Origin: Amoeboaphelidium protococcarum X5
Lineage: Eukaryota > Fungi > Aphelidiomycota
Assembly: GCA_023515725.1 (NCBI GenBank)
Contig: JALDTO010000098.1
Span: 1,576,164-1,640,163, forward strand
DNA length: 64,000 nt
Direction: 5' to 3'
Below are positions 15,047 to 31,993 of this stretch, piece after piece (positions within the stretch are counted from its first letter, which is position 1; every line of letters begins with the position of its first letter). A program made the translations under genes and the position numbers. The notes beneath the pieces are model-generated. The model saw nothing but the letters and a program-made list of their open reading frames with translations. It did no database searches and was not told the origin of the DNA.

Positions 15047-16495
15047 ATGAGTAGTAATATCAGTAGCAGTTTAACTCCTAAATCTAGTGGCCGCATCATA
15101 TTAGATACTTAATTAGGAGCGATTGAGATTGATCTATATGCCAATGAATGTCTAAAACATGTCAAGTATTTTCTGCATTGTGGTATGGCTGGCTATTATG
15201 ATGGATCGCGTGTGAGTAGAGTTGAGCCTGGATTTATGGCTGTATTTGGACATAGAACTAGTGATGATAGTGTGCGGGTGTCAGATATTGTAAATCTTCA
15301 AGTTCCACAGAGAGCTGAGTACAATGCGCGATTACGATTTACATAGAGAGGTGTAGTCGCCATGGCTTATTAACCATCAGATAAGAATTAGAGCATAACT
15401 CCAGAGTTTTTCATCACGTTCGCTCCCTGTCAGCATTTGAATAACTAGCATGTTATCATTGGTCAAGTCGTGGGTGATTCTATATTTAACGTTCTCAAGC
15501 TGGAACAGTACGAACTGAATGATGGTGGAGAATTGGTGTACCCTATTCTATTACATAAGTTTCAAGTTATCGATATTCCTTTTAACGACTTAAAAGTAAC
15601 TAGATAATTTAATCAATAGCAGTCTTCCAAATCTGATAGCAAGTCTAGAAGAGTAATTGGTAATGATGGTGACGCGTCTACTCTACTATTATCGTTCAAT
15701 GTGGAGCATATCAATACGTCAGCTGTCATAAAGAAGAAGCGTATACTTTCAACCTCTTCTAGACCCATTAAATAAGTTCCCACTGCTAACACTGCAATAG
15801 ATAAGGATCAAGTTTCGTTATAAGAACGTTTTGAGAAATAGAAATAATAGTTGCCTGATAAGAAAGTAATTACAGAGTTTTCAGAGCACCTCAGTAAAGA
15901 TCCACCTCTAAATGCGGAAACTCCTGCCCAACTTGACGAGTCTACAAAAGCAGGTAGTATAGAGTAAGTTTCTATAGCTACTCGTAATAATGATGATCAA
16001 CCTCAATAGACTAGTCTATCTGCTCAGAGGAAATCGCTGTTTACGCTGGCTTAGTTGAATCAATAGATGCTTTCATAGTAGTAAAAGTCTGGATAGCTGA
16101 TACAAGGTAGATCCTCTAAAACTGCATCTAAACGCGAGCAGGATGTCCTTGATCGACTATCTAATTTCAGAAAGAAGCTTAAACCATCTGCTTTATAGTA
16201 GACTTAGTCGCAGTAAGAAGACAGTGATGGTTTGACCGGCAGTGCCAAACAGAAAGAGACATGTTCAGCTCACGGAATTCCAGGCTGCGGATCTTGTTTT
16301 AACTAAGGCGATTACTCTGTTAGATAGTAAGCATAATAGGATGGAAGAGACAAGGCAGCTCCTTTTCAGGTAAGGGAATTGAAGTTTGAAAAAGATTTGA
16401 CTGGAAAGTCTCTATTAGATCCAATGGCACGAAACGTTGAAAATGTGGATGACCTAGTGGTGATTGATACTAGAACGCGTCGTAATGTAAAGTGA
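15047..16495 (+). CDS. CWC27: Spliceosomal cyclophilin-like protein CWC27
   Basis: SGRIILDTQLGAIEIDL, EYNARLRFTQRGVVAMA, FFITF and IGQVVGDSIFNVLKL; low-complexity tail ending DDLVVIDTR. Confidence 0.85.
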
Positions 16496-17419
16496 TTGGA
16501 TCATGAAAAATGTACTTTGCATGTACCATACTATTTATAGTAATCAGAGCCAATTATTCACAATAACCATTGGTTATCTCCTTCTTATTAAACTACTTGA
16601 TTGATAAATTGTTCTGACGTATTCATGACGATTTATGCGCGCGAAAATGAAACAAAGAGAAAACACTTATTTCTAACACATGAATGTACATTACTATTTA
16701 CGCTCTGACGATTATAGTTCGGTATTCCCTATTTCTAGAACTTCAAGTATGTGCTTCGAATACATAAGACTCGCCGTTATTCCTTACTGTGACATAAAAA
16801 CTCTTGAACTGATAATCAATACTCTACCGTTATTAAACGATCCTAGTTCCAATTTTGCTCGAATCTGATGATCCAACTGCCGCTGATGATTTTGAAGAGC
16901 AACCCATTGAAGAGTCTTCTAAATGATTAGAGTAACATAGTAGAAGCTATAATTACTTGAATGAACTTAAAATCCGGACTGAAATCGCTTGCTTCACTCT
17001 CCAATGTTCTATCATCCAGTTTTGCACGAATCGGTCAAAATCGGATGATCCGGCCATAATGGACAAAGATTATTCACTTGCTCAGTTGGAAGATCAAATC
17101 GAGTCAAAGTTGTTATAGTCTGGCTATCTGATGCACTGTAAAAAGAAACGTTTAAAGTAGATTCTACACGCCAGCAGGAGTTCCTGATAGAGCGGTTAAC
17201 TTTATCCGCGCACTAAGCCTCGTTATACATGAAGACTGGAGCGCTGAAAGTTTATATTCTGGCAGGCCCAACTGTCATATAAGGAGGCCAATGTGCTTTA
17301 CTCATAAACTTCCTAGCTGCGAATCTCGTTTTCTATTACTCAAATTTGAGATAAGAAAATTAACTTGAAATAAGCAACTATATATACAGTGTTTGAACTA
17401 TTGACTGGAAGAGGTAATT

Positions 17420-17640
17420 GGTTACAAATGGCGCCTTTCAACAGTCTTAAAGATGATAGTTCTGTCGGATAATAAGCATAATAGGATGTAATAGACAAGG
17501 CAGCTCTTTTCAAGTGAGAACATTCAAAGTCAAAAAGATCTAATCGGAAAGTCTTTATCAGATCCAATGGCACACGCAATGTTGAAGATGTGGATGATCT
17601 GGTGGTAATTGATGACAGAACGCGTCATAGTCTCAAATGA
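17420..17640 (+). pseudogene. Frameshifted duplicate of the CWC27 3' end
   Basis: Diverged copy of about 16290-16495 (GCATAATAGGATG..AGACAAGGCAGCTC..GATCCAATGGCAC..GTGGATGA..AGAACGCGTC) with indels. Confidence 0.8.
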
Positions 17641-17697
17641 CCATGATGGTTTAATTTACGCAATACTATTTACATTAATTACATAAATCAAAGCTAG

Positions 17698-18459
17698 TCA
17701 TTCTAAATCATCATGAATAATCTTTCTCTTCTTACTCTACTTAGTCAATAGGCTGAAAGAAATCTTCTTGTCATCATCCAGATTAAACTCTTGCACGTGG
17801 TCGAGTTTCTGACTACTTTTACTATTCATCAAGACAGTGTTATAACCTGAAGGCGCAGCGTTAGAACCAAGCTCTTCCTTTTGTTATTAACTCTACTACA
17901 GCTATAAAATTTCTTATCCTTTGGCAACTTATTAGTCGATAACTCGCCGATCAAGATCATCCTGATCCTTTTATAATCTCTGCATTCGCTAAGCATTCAA
18001 CGTCTACATCATTGCCCTGGGCGAGTTGTCTATCCATGTAATATACCATCCGCCGCGCCCATCATCCTCCACCTTACATATCCCCTTCTTACCCAGGTGT
18101 TGTACAAAACCAGAGAGTGTGGACCAGCATGTGGCATTCATGTGCAAATGATTCCGATCACTGATATACTCCTGGTACACCTTGTTGGCCCATACACGCG
18201 TCGTACCATACCGTCTACTGAGTAGGGAGACGAATCCATTAAGAAATTCAGCAGAGAAATCTCTGATATGTTTATTAGGATTATTCGCAAACAGGAGCAG
18301 CTATCTCTAATGTCCCTCAGTCTGACAATGACTCTTGAATCCATTATCATCGCGGCACTGCTTCTCACACATTTAGCAATAGAATTTAAGCTTCTACAAT
18401 CCTTTCGCTTTCAATTACTTTGCAATAGCTTTTGGTCCACCTGGATCTCCTTTGGGCAT
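17698..18459 (-). CDS. KIN17: KIN17/Rts2 zinc-finger protein (short form, no KOW tail)
   Basis: KGLQKLKFYCQMCEKQCRDDNGFKSHC..HQRQL and HLHMNAT.W; four conserved Gln are TAG/TAA. Confidence 0.95.
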
Positions 18460-18660
18460 TTTATTCGAACGATATTCACAATTATATATTTCGATGTTAT
18501 GATGGAAATGAAATGATTTGGTGTTGAATCGAGTAAGAGCAAAGAGGGAAAACGAGACTCTTTTCAAGTGACCGTCAACTTGTGAATAAAGTTATGGTAA
18601 AAGATATAGTGAGAACTTATTCCAAAAAACGACTTGCTATATTTACAAATACAGTTTAAA

Positions 18661-20613
18661 TCAATCAGAATAACAAGAGTCTTTTTTGGATTGCCTTTAC
18701 TGCTACTCGGCAAGAATATGCTCAATTTGCATGATATGATCCTCTGATATGACGTCTTGATATACAGAGACTTCATCAGAAGAGCTAGAATGGACAATCG
18801 GTTGATCACATGATAAAATATCGCGTGAGTCGCCTGTAACTATCATTTCTGACTAATACTACTTGACACCATTGTAATCAGCAACATCTTACCGCGATGA
18901 AGAAGGTACAGCAAATTGAGGCTCAACCATCACGGGCTCGACATTTATATCGTTAAATCCAAACACTCCAGTAACGCGGCGGACAATGAACCAGACCATG
19001 CGTTACTTGACGCGCTTGAATTCACTTCGCGCAAACAGATATATGAACATTATCGCCAAAATCTGGGCAATTATTATGAAATCAAACAGGGATATTGAGA
19101 GAATGTCCTGCTACAAGGCGAGTTCATTTTCAGAGCGAGAACTAGATAATAGAGGCAGACATTTGAGCAGAGTCGCGGCAGCACAGTTATCATTGGATGG
19201 AGAGTGAGATGCTGCTGAATCGTAGATTATCCTGACCACATTGTTGAGTGGTATAGAGGATCCAATCAGGAGAAATATTGTCATAAGAGATAGATAAGCC
19301 TTACCAATCTAGGTGGGTCCTTCGTGTTTGTCCACAATCAACCTATCAAGTACGCTATTACTATTATTCATTAAGCCACTACTTCCACTACGACTCAAAT
19401 TAAGGATATGCGAAGTAGATGAAGACGATGCCGCAGATTTCTTAATCAGAATAGCAATAACCAAACACAGTAGAGGTACAAAGACAAGTCCATAACTGGA
19501 TAGGTACACAATCGTGAATATGTTGTTAAAGCTATGCGGAAGAGGTGCAACATTCATATACATACATATCAAGTGAATGATAAACACTGCCAGCGCAATC
19601 TTATCCATCAAGATGAGCATATTATACATCCACCGATTACCTGAAATGTAATTCCCAACGCGCCGAGATAGAGGGAGTATCCAAGTGGGGAAACCAAATC
19701 GTCTCGATCTCTTATTCAAGCCAAATTCGTACCTATCCGCAAGATTAGAGCCATTAGAGGATGATGTACTAGGCACAATGTCTCCATTCTCAGACGACTC
19801 TGAGAGTAGACCAACCTCTTCATCTTGCATAGATGCATCTGATTATCGTGACCTCCTCAAAATATGCCTCCAACGGTCATAAACACTATTGGTCTAAGAT
19901 CTCGGACTACCACCACCACTCATTTAGTTCATATTCCGAGTTCTACGTTCACTACTATCAACATTATCATTATTAATCGTGAATATTCCATACCTGGAAT
20001 CAAGTTATCGGTCATTAGATTCATCAATCTGCTGTTGCTACTACTCAATCTGCTCCAATTCATTCTCTTCAAATTCTATAAAGCCATGAGTGCGATATTT
20101 CCAATTCCAATGCAATGCCAGTGTGAGAATGAATAAGGAGAGGGAATTGAGCACAGAGATGGTGAGAAGTAGAGCATTATCTACAGCTTTTCCATTTTGA
20201 ATCTACTGATATCGCTATCCTCCATCACTAGAATCCATAAAGACATAATAAGGGAGATTAATCATATATCTAATTGCATTTAGCAGGAGAGCGATACTCA
20301 ATATCAGCAATGTGTATCCATACAGATGACTCTGAACACTTTTAAAATCAATGACACGTCCGAAGAGGTAGATGGAATTCAACCGAATAAATATAATAAG
20401 CACAAACATGAAAGCAAAAGCAAATCCAAACAGACTAATAAGAGATGTAGACGCACTAGGTATTCCGAATATAGAAGATTTTCCAGGTAGTTCATCAATA
20501 GGTGGCTAGTTCAAGGCAAGATTATACGGATTATGAGGACAACTGGGTAGAGGCATTCCACCCAAGACATCATACAGCTATTTATACTCGGCCAAATGTA
20601 ACGCAGGCTCCAT
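18661..20613 (-). CDS. Orphan ~650 aa protein with about 7 transmembrane helices
   Basis: Single TGA-free frame joining ORF-track pieces 20215-20409 and 19309-19830; seven hydrophobic segments. Confidence 0.75.
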
Positions 20614-20904
20614 ATAAATATGTAAACGAGGGATTTAACAATACCAGATGTGTGTGAGTATATATATATATATATAGCTAGATATGATGTGTTATAGAAG
20701 GCTTTACTAATGTAATCACGAGGAATCACTAAAGAATCACGCGTTTCACACAGACGACGTCAAAGCAGACAGAAATGAGAAAAGGAGAGATCAAACGCCG
20801 CTGACTGATTGGCTGAACAATAGATAGGACTAAAAGAATGTAAATCAATCATCACTACTCCAAGGGACAATTCAAAATTAAAAATTAACACATAATCTAT
20901 TTAT

Positions 20905-21558
20905 TCATTAGTTTCCGTATAAATACTTTGGTCCCTGTGGTAGGTTGGTGACACGCAAAGCTGGCTCTTTGAATGGAGTCCAGATGCCGCGAATGCTTTC
21001 GGCCACGCTGTACACTGGCTTTCTCGGCTTCAAAAGAGGCATTCCAACAGAGTCCACGTAATGCTGCAATCTTTCGCCAATATCCTTAATGTTTTAGTTG
21101 CGCACACACACCACCTTTGTATGACCGTTATCATAAGTCGCCCGCAGGTGAGGATGATGGAACGGTCGCGGCTAGACAATGACTTCAACGTGTGGGTTCT
21201 TCTTTGCCCATTGAGGAAGACGCGTCAGGATAAATTCTCGCATTCCAGCCGAACTACCACCTAAATCACAATATTGGACTACCACTTTCTACAACGGATT
21301 GACGTATTATCCATTTACGCCATTCGCTGCAAATGGGCCACCAATCTCTGCGAATATCACTTCCTTCTAAACACCATACGGTGCATTGGCGACACTAGTG
21401 ACGCGTTCTTTGAATTGATCACTCTACTTAAACAGAATATGCTACTTCTTTGACCGATATACATCTGCTAGAGCAGGTACATTTCTATTCAATTAAATCT
21501 TGGATTATTTTACATTTCGGAGTGACTGAATTACGCGAGGTAGTAGCTTTGAAGACAT
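20905..21558 (-). CDS. MRPL43: Mitochondrial ribosomal protein mL43 (yeast MRPL51)
   Basis: NGV..YVNPLQKVVVQYCDLGGSSAGMREF, HPHLRATYDNG, VCVRN and SIRGIWTPF. Confidence 0.9.
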
Positions 21559-21669
21559 TTTAGTATAGATTTCTGTGAGAGACGCTCTAAGGGAAGAGAG
21601 AATAAGAGAGACAGAGAAGAGAAAACTAATAATTTAGGGTATAGCACAGTTAATCATCACAAGTATTAA

Positions 21670-22448
21670 TCAATGAGAGTTGGTAAAATTAATTACAGGC
21701 AATCGAATAGATAATTGGCCTTCAAAATTCTACTTGTTCAATTTCCCAAAGAAATTCACGACAGTTCTGTCAATCTCTTGTACTAGCTATTTCAGATTCT
21801 TTTATGACGCAGCAGTCTGTTCAGCTGCATCGAGTCTAATTTTCTTTACATCTTGTTCTTTATGTTGGAATATCTACTCATAATAATCATAATAAAGTAA
21901 GAATCTCATGTGTTTAAAAATAATCTTACCGCAGTTTGCTTGTACAAGTGTCTAGCCGGATAGGGGGGAGAGAACGGGAGGACATATCGAGGCAGAGGTT
22001 CCGGTCGATCATCCACCATCAGTCGATCCAACTCTTGAGACTGCGGAATATCTTTTATAACTGTAGATGAATTATACTTTAAGCCAGATAATTTAATTCG
22101 CGGTTGGAAAGACTTTTCAACTGATCGACGTTTAGATAGTATGACCATTTCAGCTAGGGACGAGCATTTGACGTATCCACAAGTTGCATTGATCCTGCTA
22201 GATTATTCATTTTGCATACTTAATTTATCCAACAGCTCCTCTAGATCATACTTGGTAACCATAATTCGTCCGCTTAACTCTGATCGTTATTTAAGAATGC
22301 GCAGAAGTTCAGACATGTAGTTGATATATGCCTCAGTGAGAGTATTCAATGCACACTTTGACACTGAATCATAATCAGTAGAAATCTTGATAAACTATGC
22401 AATGACTCTCTGAACTATATCACGACATAGCTGGTCAGATAGCTGCAT
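21670..22448 (-). CDS. TAF8: TFIID subunit 8; intron 21874-21929
   Basis: N-terminal histone-fold-like segment (ALNTLTE..YM...SELSGR) plus the TAF8-C motif LPRYVLPFSPPYPARHLYKQT. Confidence 0.8.
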
Positions 22449-22635
22449 CTTGATATATATAAAACAGATTCAGTATTATTTCTACAAATCACTCAAAACA
22501 ATACGAGAATGAATGAACAGGGCGACGCAAAGCGAGAAGAGAAGAGATGCGGAACGCGCCGCAAGCAGAGACTAAAAACCAATCAAGCGCTGTTCTTTCC
22601 TGACAATGGACAACAATGAGAGACGTTGCTTCAAA

Positions 22636-22662
22636 GCGCGCGTCTAACCGAAGTAACCGAAA
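22636..22662 (+). promoter_or_regulatory. Candidate ribosomal-protein promoter element GCGCG..GTC-AACCGAAGTAACCGAA
   Basis: The 16-mer at 22646-22661 is identical to 53915-53930; both lie about 100-130 bp upstream of an RP gene ATG. Confidence 0.65.
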
Positions 22663-22763
22663 AGGCGATTTTCATCATTGCCTCCAGGCTCTTTAATCCC
22701 ATTCAATTAGACCACATTCATTACCCGGGAATAGTGAATACTAATCAAATTAGAAAATTAAAG

Positions 22764-23153
22764 ATGAAGTTCTCTAAAGACGTTAGCTCATCGCGCCGTA
22801 AGTCAAGAAAGGCTCATTTCACCGCTCCCTCCTCTGAGCGTCGTATTATTATGTCTGCACCTCTGTCTAAGGAGTTGCGCGAGAAGTATCACGTTCGCTC
22901 TTTGCCTGTGCGCAAGGATGATGAAGTCATGATTGTACGTGGAAACTACAAGGGAAGAGAAGGCAAGATCGTGTCCTGCTACCGTAAGAAATACGTTATT
23001 CACATTGAGAGAGTCACCAGAGATAAGGTGAATGGACAGAGTGTGCCTGTTGGAATTAACACCTCGAATGTTGTCATCACTAAGCTCAAAATTGACAAGG
23101 ATAGAAAGAATCTGTTGGATCGTAAGGATCGCTCCAAGATGGTTAAGGCTTGA
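22764..23153 (+). CDS. RPL26: 60S ribosomal protein uL24
   Basis: [34 protein letters not shown]; ends in TGA. Confidence 0.98.
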   Translation: MKFSKDVSSSRRKSRKAHFTAPSSERRIIMSAPLSKELREKYHVRSLPVRKDDEVMIVRGNYKGREGKIVSCYRKKYVIHIERVTRDKVNGQSVPVGINTSNVVITKLKIDKDRKNLLDRKDRSKMVKA

Positions 23154-23465
23154 GTGATTTCTAGCGTTTTAATATATATACATATCCCATCAATCTATCT
23201 GTATTGGACCTTATTTGATTCGATTTTCGCGTAAGTCCTCGCTGGTCTTACACGCATATTTCAAGTTGCGTTCATTTGTTTAATTTGGCAACCTTTTTAT
23301 CGCATATTGAATTTAATTTTTATTGCATCAACTGTGCGATAAAGCCTTGGGCACCTTTTGCATCACATCACTGAGCAAAGTTATCACAGGTCATCCATCG
23401 CAGATGATCAGTGATCTAATCGCCTTCATCCTTGTATCTAGATGACACTGCATTTTGATTCAAAG

Positions 23466-24590
23466 ATGATTTCAATTAAAGTGTCTCCTTTATGTGCTTT
23501 GAGACTGCTGTGGTTCACCTCATGCAGTATTCTTATTTCGTAACTGATCTGGCTTTATCTTTATCGCGATACTAGGTAGTTCAGCACTGCATTAACCTCC
23601 CGGAGAAACGACATTAAGCTCAACTTTTGGCCAGTATATAAACCAGAGCATTACAAAATAAGTGATAAGCTCAAATAATTTCACGTTGTCTCTTTTGAAT
23701 GCGTTAATCCTACGTAAGATGGACACAATGCTGATAACGTCCTCATTCTGACACCCATGAAAGATGTTAATGATACTGATCTAACATCATATCTTGACAT
23801 TCTCAACTCCTTGACTTACCCAAAACATCTGATATCAGTTGGCGTCTTGGTATCAGATTCCACTGACGAAGTGTATCACATGGTGGTGAAACGGATGTCT
23901 TCGTTATGCTCTACGTTTGCAAGAGTCACGATATTGCGAAAAGATTATAGCTATCGTATTGAGCACTCGTAACGACATGATATCCAAGTGCAGATGTAAA
24001 GACGCGTCATATTGGCCAATTCTAGAAACTATCTGCTTCACTCCTCCCTACGTCGCGAGCAGTATGTTTTGTGGCTTGATAGTGATCTATTGTACGTACC
24101 TGAAACGGTCATTCACGACTTGCTCCATTTATCACTACCAATTGTAACAGCTAATTGCAAGTAGATTAGAAACAATACTAATCATAGCGCTAATTCCACA
24201 TACTCCATTCTAAGTCACTATGATTTGAATGCGTGGAAATATTCTAATTAACGTTTGCCATTAAGAGATGAACAAATCCTGCTCCAAGGTTACTACCAAC
24301 GGGATGGTGTAGGATGTACGCGTGAAATCCATCTGAATAATTTTGGCTAGAGACGGCTATCTACTGGCTAGTCGTTTAAATCACTCGAGAGATCTACAAG
24401 TAATACAATCCTGCTAGACGCTGTTGGTGGATCGCTATTGTGGGTGTTCGCTGATCTCCATCGAAACGGTTTAACATTTCCGACCGTACCGTATAGGAAT
24501 ACCATTGAGACTGAAGGATTGGGCCAGATAGCGCGTTCTATGGGAATACCAGTTATTGGATTGCCCAATTACATTATTCTACACAAGTGA
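23466..24590 (+). CDS. Anp1/Mnn9/Van1-family (GT62) mannosyltransferase
   Basis: N-terminal anchor, VLILTPMKD, LTYPKHLISVGVLVSDSTD, VLWLDSD, YDLNAW, LDAVGG and IETEGLG. Confidence 0.9.
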
Positions 24591-24680
24591 AAATTTGTCT
24601 ATAAAATAAACATTTGCAATATGTAGAGCTTTGACTCTTACGCATTCTTTTCTTTTGTTGTTCAATTGAGAGTTATTGTC

Positions 24681-24860
24681 ATGAAGAAACCGAGTCGGTA
24701 GAAAGATAAGGTTTAAGCTAGTAAGAATGTCAGTGCATTATAAGACGCATAAGAAGACTCCAAGTCATGGAATTCGCTATTGAACTTTCACAGATAGAAG
24801 CGTGGAATTTGGAGAGACCCTAATACTGGGCAGTTGCATTATCAAAAATCATCGAGGTGA
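24681..24860 (+). CDS. Putative 59-aa small protein
   Basis: ATG-to-TGA frame fills the gap between two genes: MKKPSRQ..SWNSLLNFHRQKRGIWRDPNTGQLHY. Confidence 0.45.
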
Positions 24861-24981
24861 TTGATACGAATCTGTGGATCAATGAAAGCTTTAAATATAG
24901 AATTGTGATCAAAATATGTATATACAACGTTAAAAGTTATTGTAATAAATATCTTTACTTCAATTTATGTACAGATCTATT

Positions 24982-26670
24982 TCATTTGCAAAAGTAAGCG
25001 AGAAGCCATCTGAGATTAGTGAGCATAAATTTGAGTGCCCTGGTCCAGATTTCATACTCGTTATACTGCAGTTTTATGCAAACATCACCAATTAAATCTT
25101 GGTTTATCTTATGGGGAAGGGCGAATACAGATGCACTCTTAGCCTGTTTATCACTGCTGGCTGCCACATGCTCCAGCTCTTTCATACAAGCAAGCACCTG
25201 TATCATCCCCAAATCAAATCGGCGGACCCAAAATAGTCGTGATAATTAAAACTCACCTGTGCCGTACAGCTCATAAACAACACCGCCTTTACCATCATCA
25301 CCAACGTTCCCGCTTTCATAATGTATAATGCGAGAGAATGATCCCATGGGAACAATCTTATTCTTCTTGAACTAGTACGGGATCAATCGCGATAGAGTGT
25401 GAATCAAGAGGCACACCTGGCCGAGAGCAGCGTTAATCTCAGCCCAATCCACAAAATGCTCCGATTCTGGACCGTCAACGTTCAACTTACCCAACCTGAA
25501 TCCATTAATAGTACCAAATGGACCTCTGTGCCAAATGTGAAATATATCATCATAAACATTTGTGGTCTTCAACTTGGCAAGTTAACGGTTCGCAAGTTCA
25601 TGAATGTCAGAGGCTGTTTAATGACTTTAACTTGCCAAATGGAATTCCCTATTCTACCGTGATAGCTCCTCCCATAGTTGAATCTCTTCCTCATTACAAG
25701 CCTTTGTCTACACAGACAACTCGTCCAGATGTCTAATGAGTTCTAGTTCCTGCTATTACAAAGCTTTTAACTATTCATCAAGTTGAGACTCTTCTTATGA
25801 CAATCGCTCTTCATCATCTACTACATCATTGCTTTATGTTACTGAATCTTAATTCGTATATTCCTAAAAAGACTCGTATAAGCGAAGTTCTTATTCTGCA
25901 TTATCTAATTACCGCTTTAGTGTTCTCTCAACAGGCTCGTAACAGTCAACACATAAAGGAAGGTCCATCTCCAGATCTTGTGCAAGCATTTCTAAATACT
26001 AATCAACAGTTTGAACGCGTTCATACCATTACAATTACTCGGCACTAGAAAGTGTTACGGTATGTTTAAATGACAAAGTATCAGAATCTGATGTATCAAT
26101 GAATCTCTTATCATTATTATTATTGCTAATAGTATTGAATAGAGGCTATTTAGACGGAGACTTCAGTGACTATTTAGGTGACTTTGAGTACTTACCGCTG
26201 GAACTATTATTGGCGCTACTCTACTAAGAACCGTTATAATTATTATAATAACTAGATTACGAGGAGTGACCATACTTGCGTTAAGAGAAAGGAGAACTAG
26301 CTGCACTCGCAGTATTATGAGTTGCTTGAGTAGAAGAACGTTACGAAGGAAGCAGATCTTAAGGAGCAGGGGACAGGATCATGTACGAGGCATCAGGCGC
26401 AGATTGTACGTTAAACTCCCGGATCTCTTTAATCTTGGACTATACACTAATCTTCCTAAATTAATCAGCCAATCGTTCTTGACCATCAGTTGTTGGCATC
26501 GAAGCAGAAATCGGTCTGGAGGAATATCCAGCAGATGTCGGCCGTCTCAAGGCTTTGGATTGTAGTTCACCGGCCAACTGTGGGTCCACCACTACATCAG
26601 TGACCTACAAAGGCTAATGGCACTTTTCGCAGACATAATGATATAATTTATCGTCCGATTCCTATTCCAT
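24982..26670 (-). CDS. ATG6: Beclin-1 / Atg6
   Basis: N-terminal [42 protein letters not shown] and [14 protein letters not shown]. Confidence 0.95.
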
Positions 26671-26840
26671 TTCGAATGATTTCCGCGCTGTAATTGAGAC
26701 AAATTTATATCATGAAGGAAGAAAGAAAAGTGTTTCGTAGTTGCTCGCGTGTTCTTCTCTCATTTACAGTATGATACAGTATATTCAACCTGAATCGTTA
26801 GTTACTCATATATAGCCTTTGTGCACGAAATTTATCATTA

Positions 26841-28553
<1,713 letters not shown>

Positions 28554-28710
28554 TTATTTATCAGCCGGATTAAATTTTGCTGTGTCTCATTATCTGAATC
28601 TTTGTCCATAATACTCAAAATGACTTTTAAATCCTTAATATCGTTAGATTGTTAATTCGCAATTTAATTAAGGCTTTTCTTTTCTCTTTTGAAAGTCTCC
28701 ATTATCAGAA

Positions 28711-31470
<2,760 letters not shown>

Positions 31471-31993
31471 AGGGATGGCGTTTACGCGTATACTTTACCT
31501 TTCTATTTTTCTGTATCATGCTTTCAAGTGGTAGCATTAGCGATTACGAATTTTAAGATTATACTCAGCACGATACCGTCTTATACGTCGTTTGCAGTAT
31601 AAGCCCTTTTGTCACGTATACTTCATGTTCGAAAAGGCCTGGAGCTCGTAGAATTATCTATACTATTGTTCGCAAATATGAATATGATCCTTAAATATGT
31701 GGACCCAACTAAGTTAGAAAATACTTAGTTACAAAAGTGATGATACACAAGGGATGGTACCATAGACAACAGCAATGGTTGACATGACAAATCTATGATG
31801 TTGGTATGACCATCATATGTTTGTTGACAATTTTGAAACAGCCCGGTTAACACGATGAGAATTTCTGAAATCAAAGTAAGTGGCCTCCATCCCTTTCAAT
31901 GCGTCCGATGAGGCTTGAATCAAGATCCCATACATTTCAATTGCGAATCAAAGTTTTTACTGATTTTATCCACCTCTCATTTTACACCTCAAG

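Noticed and set aside
18590-19210. Plus-strand ORFs in the supplied track
   Set aside because: They are shadows of the minus-strand 7-TM gene.
23290-23345. Inverted repeat CTTTTTATCGCA/TGCGATAAAG as an ncRNA or MITE
   Set aside because: Short single stem with no second copy or family features.
31480-31990. Coding relic upstream of the nuclease-like gene
   Set aside because: Only short stop-bounded fragments; cannot be supported without a paralog search.
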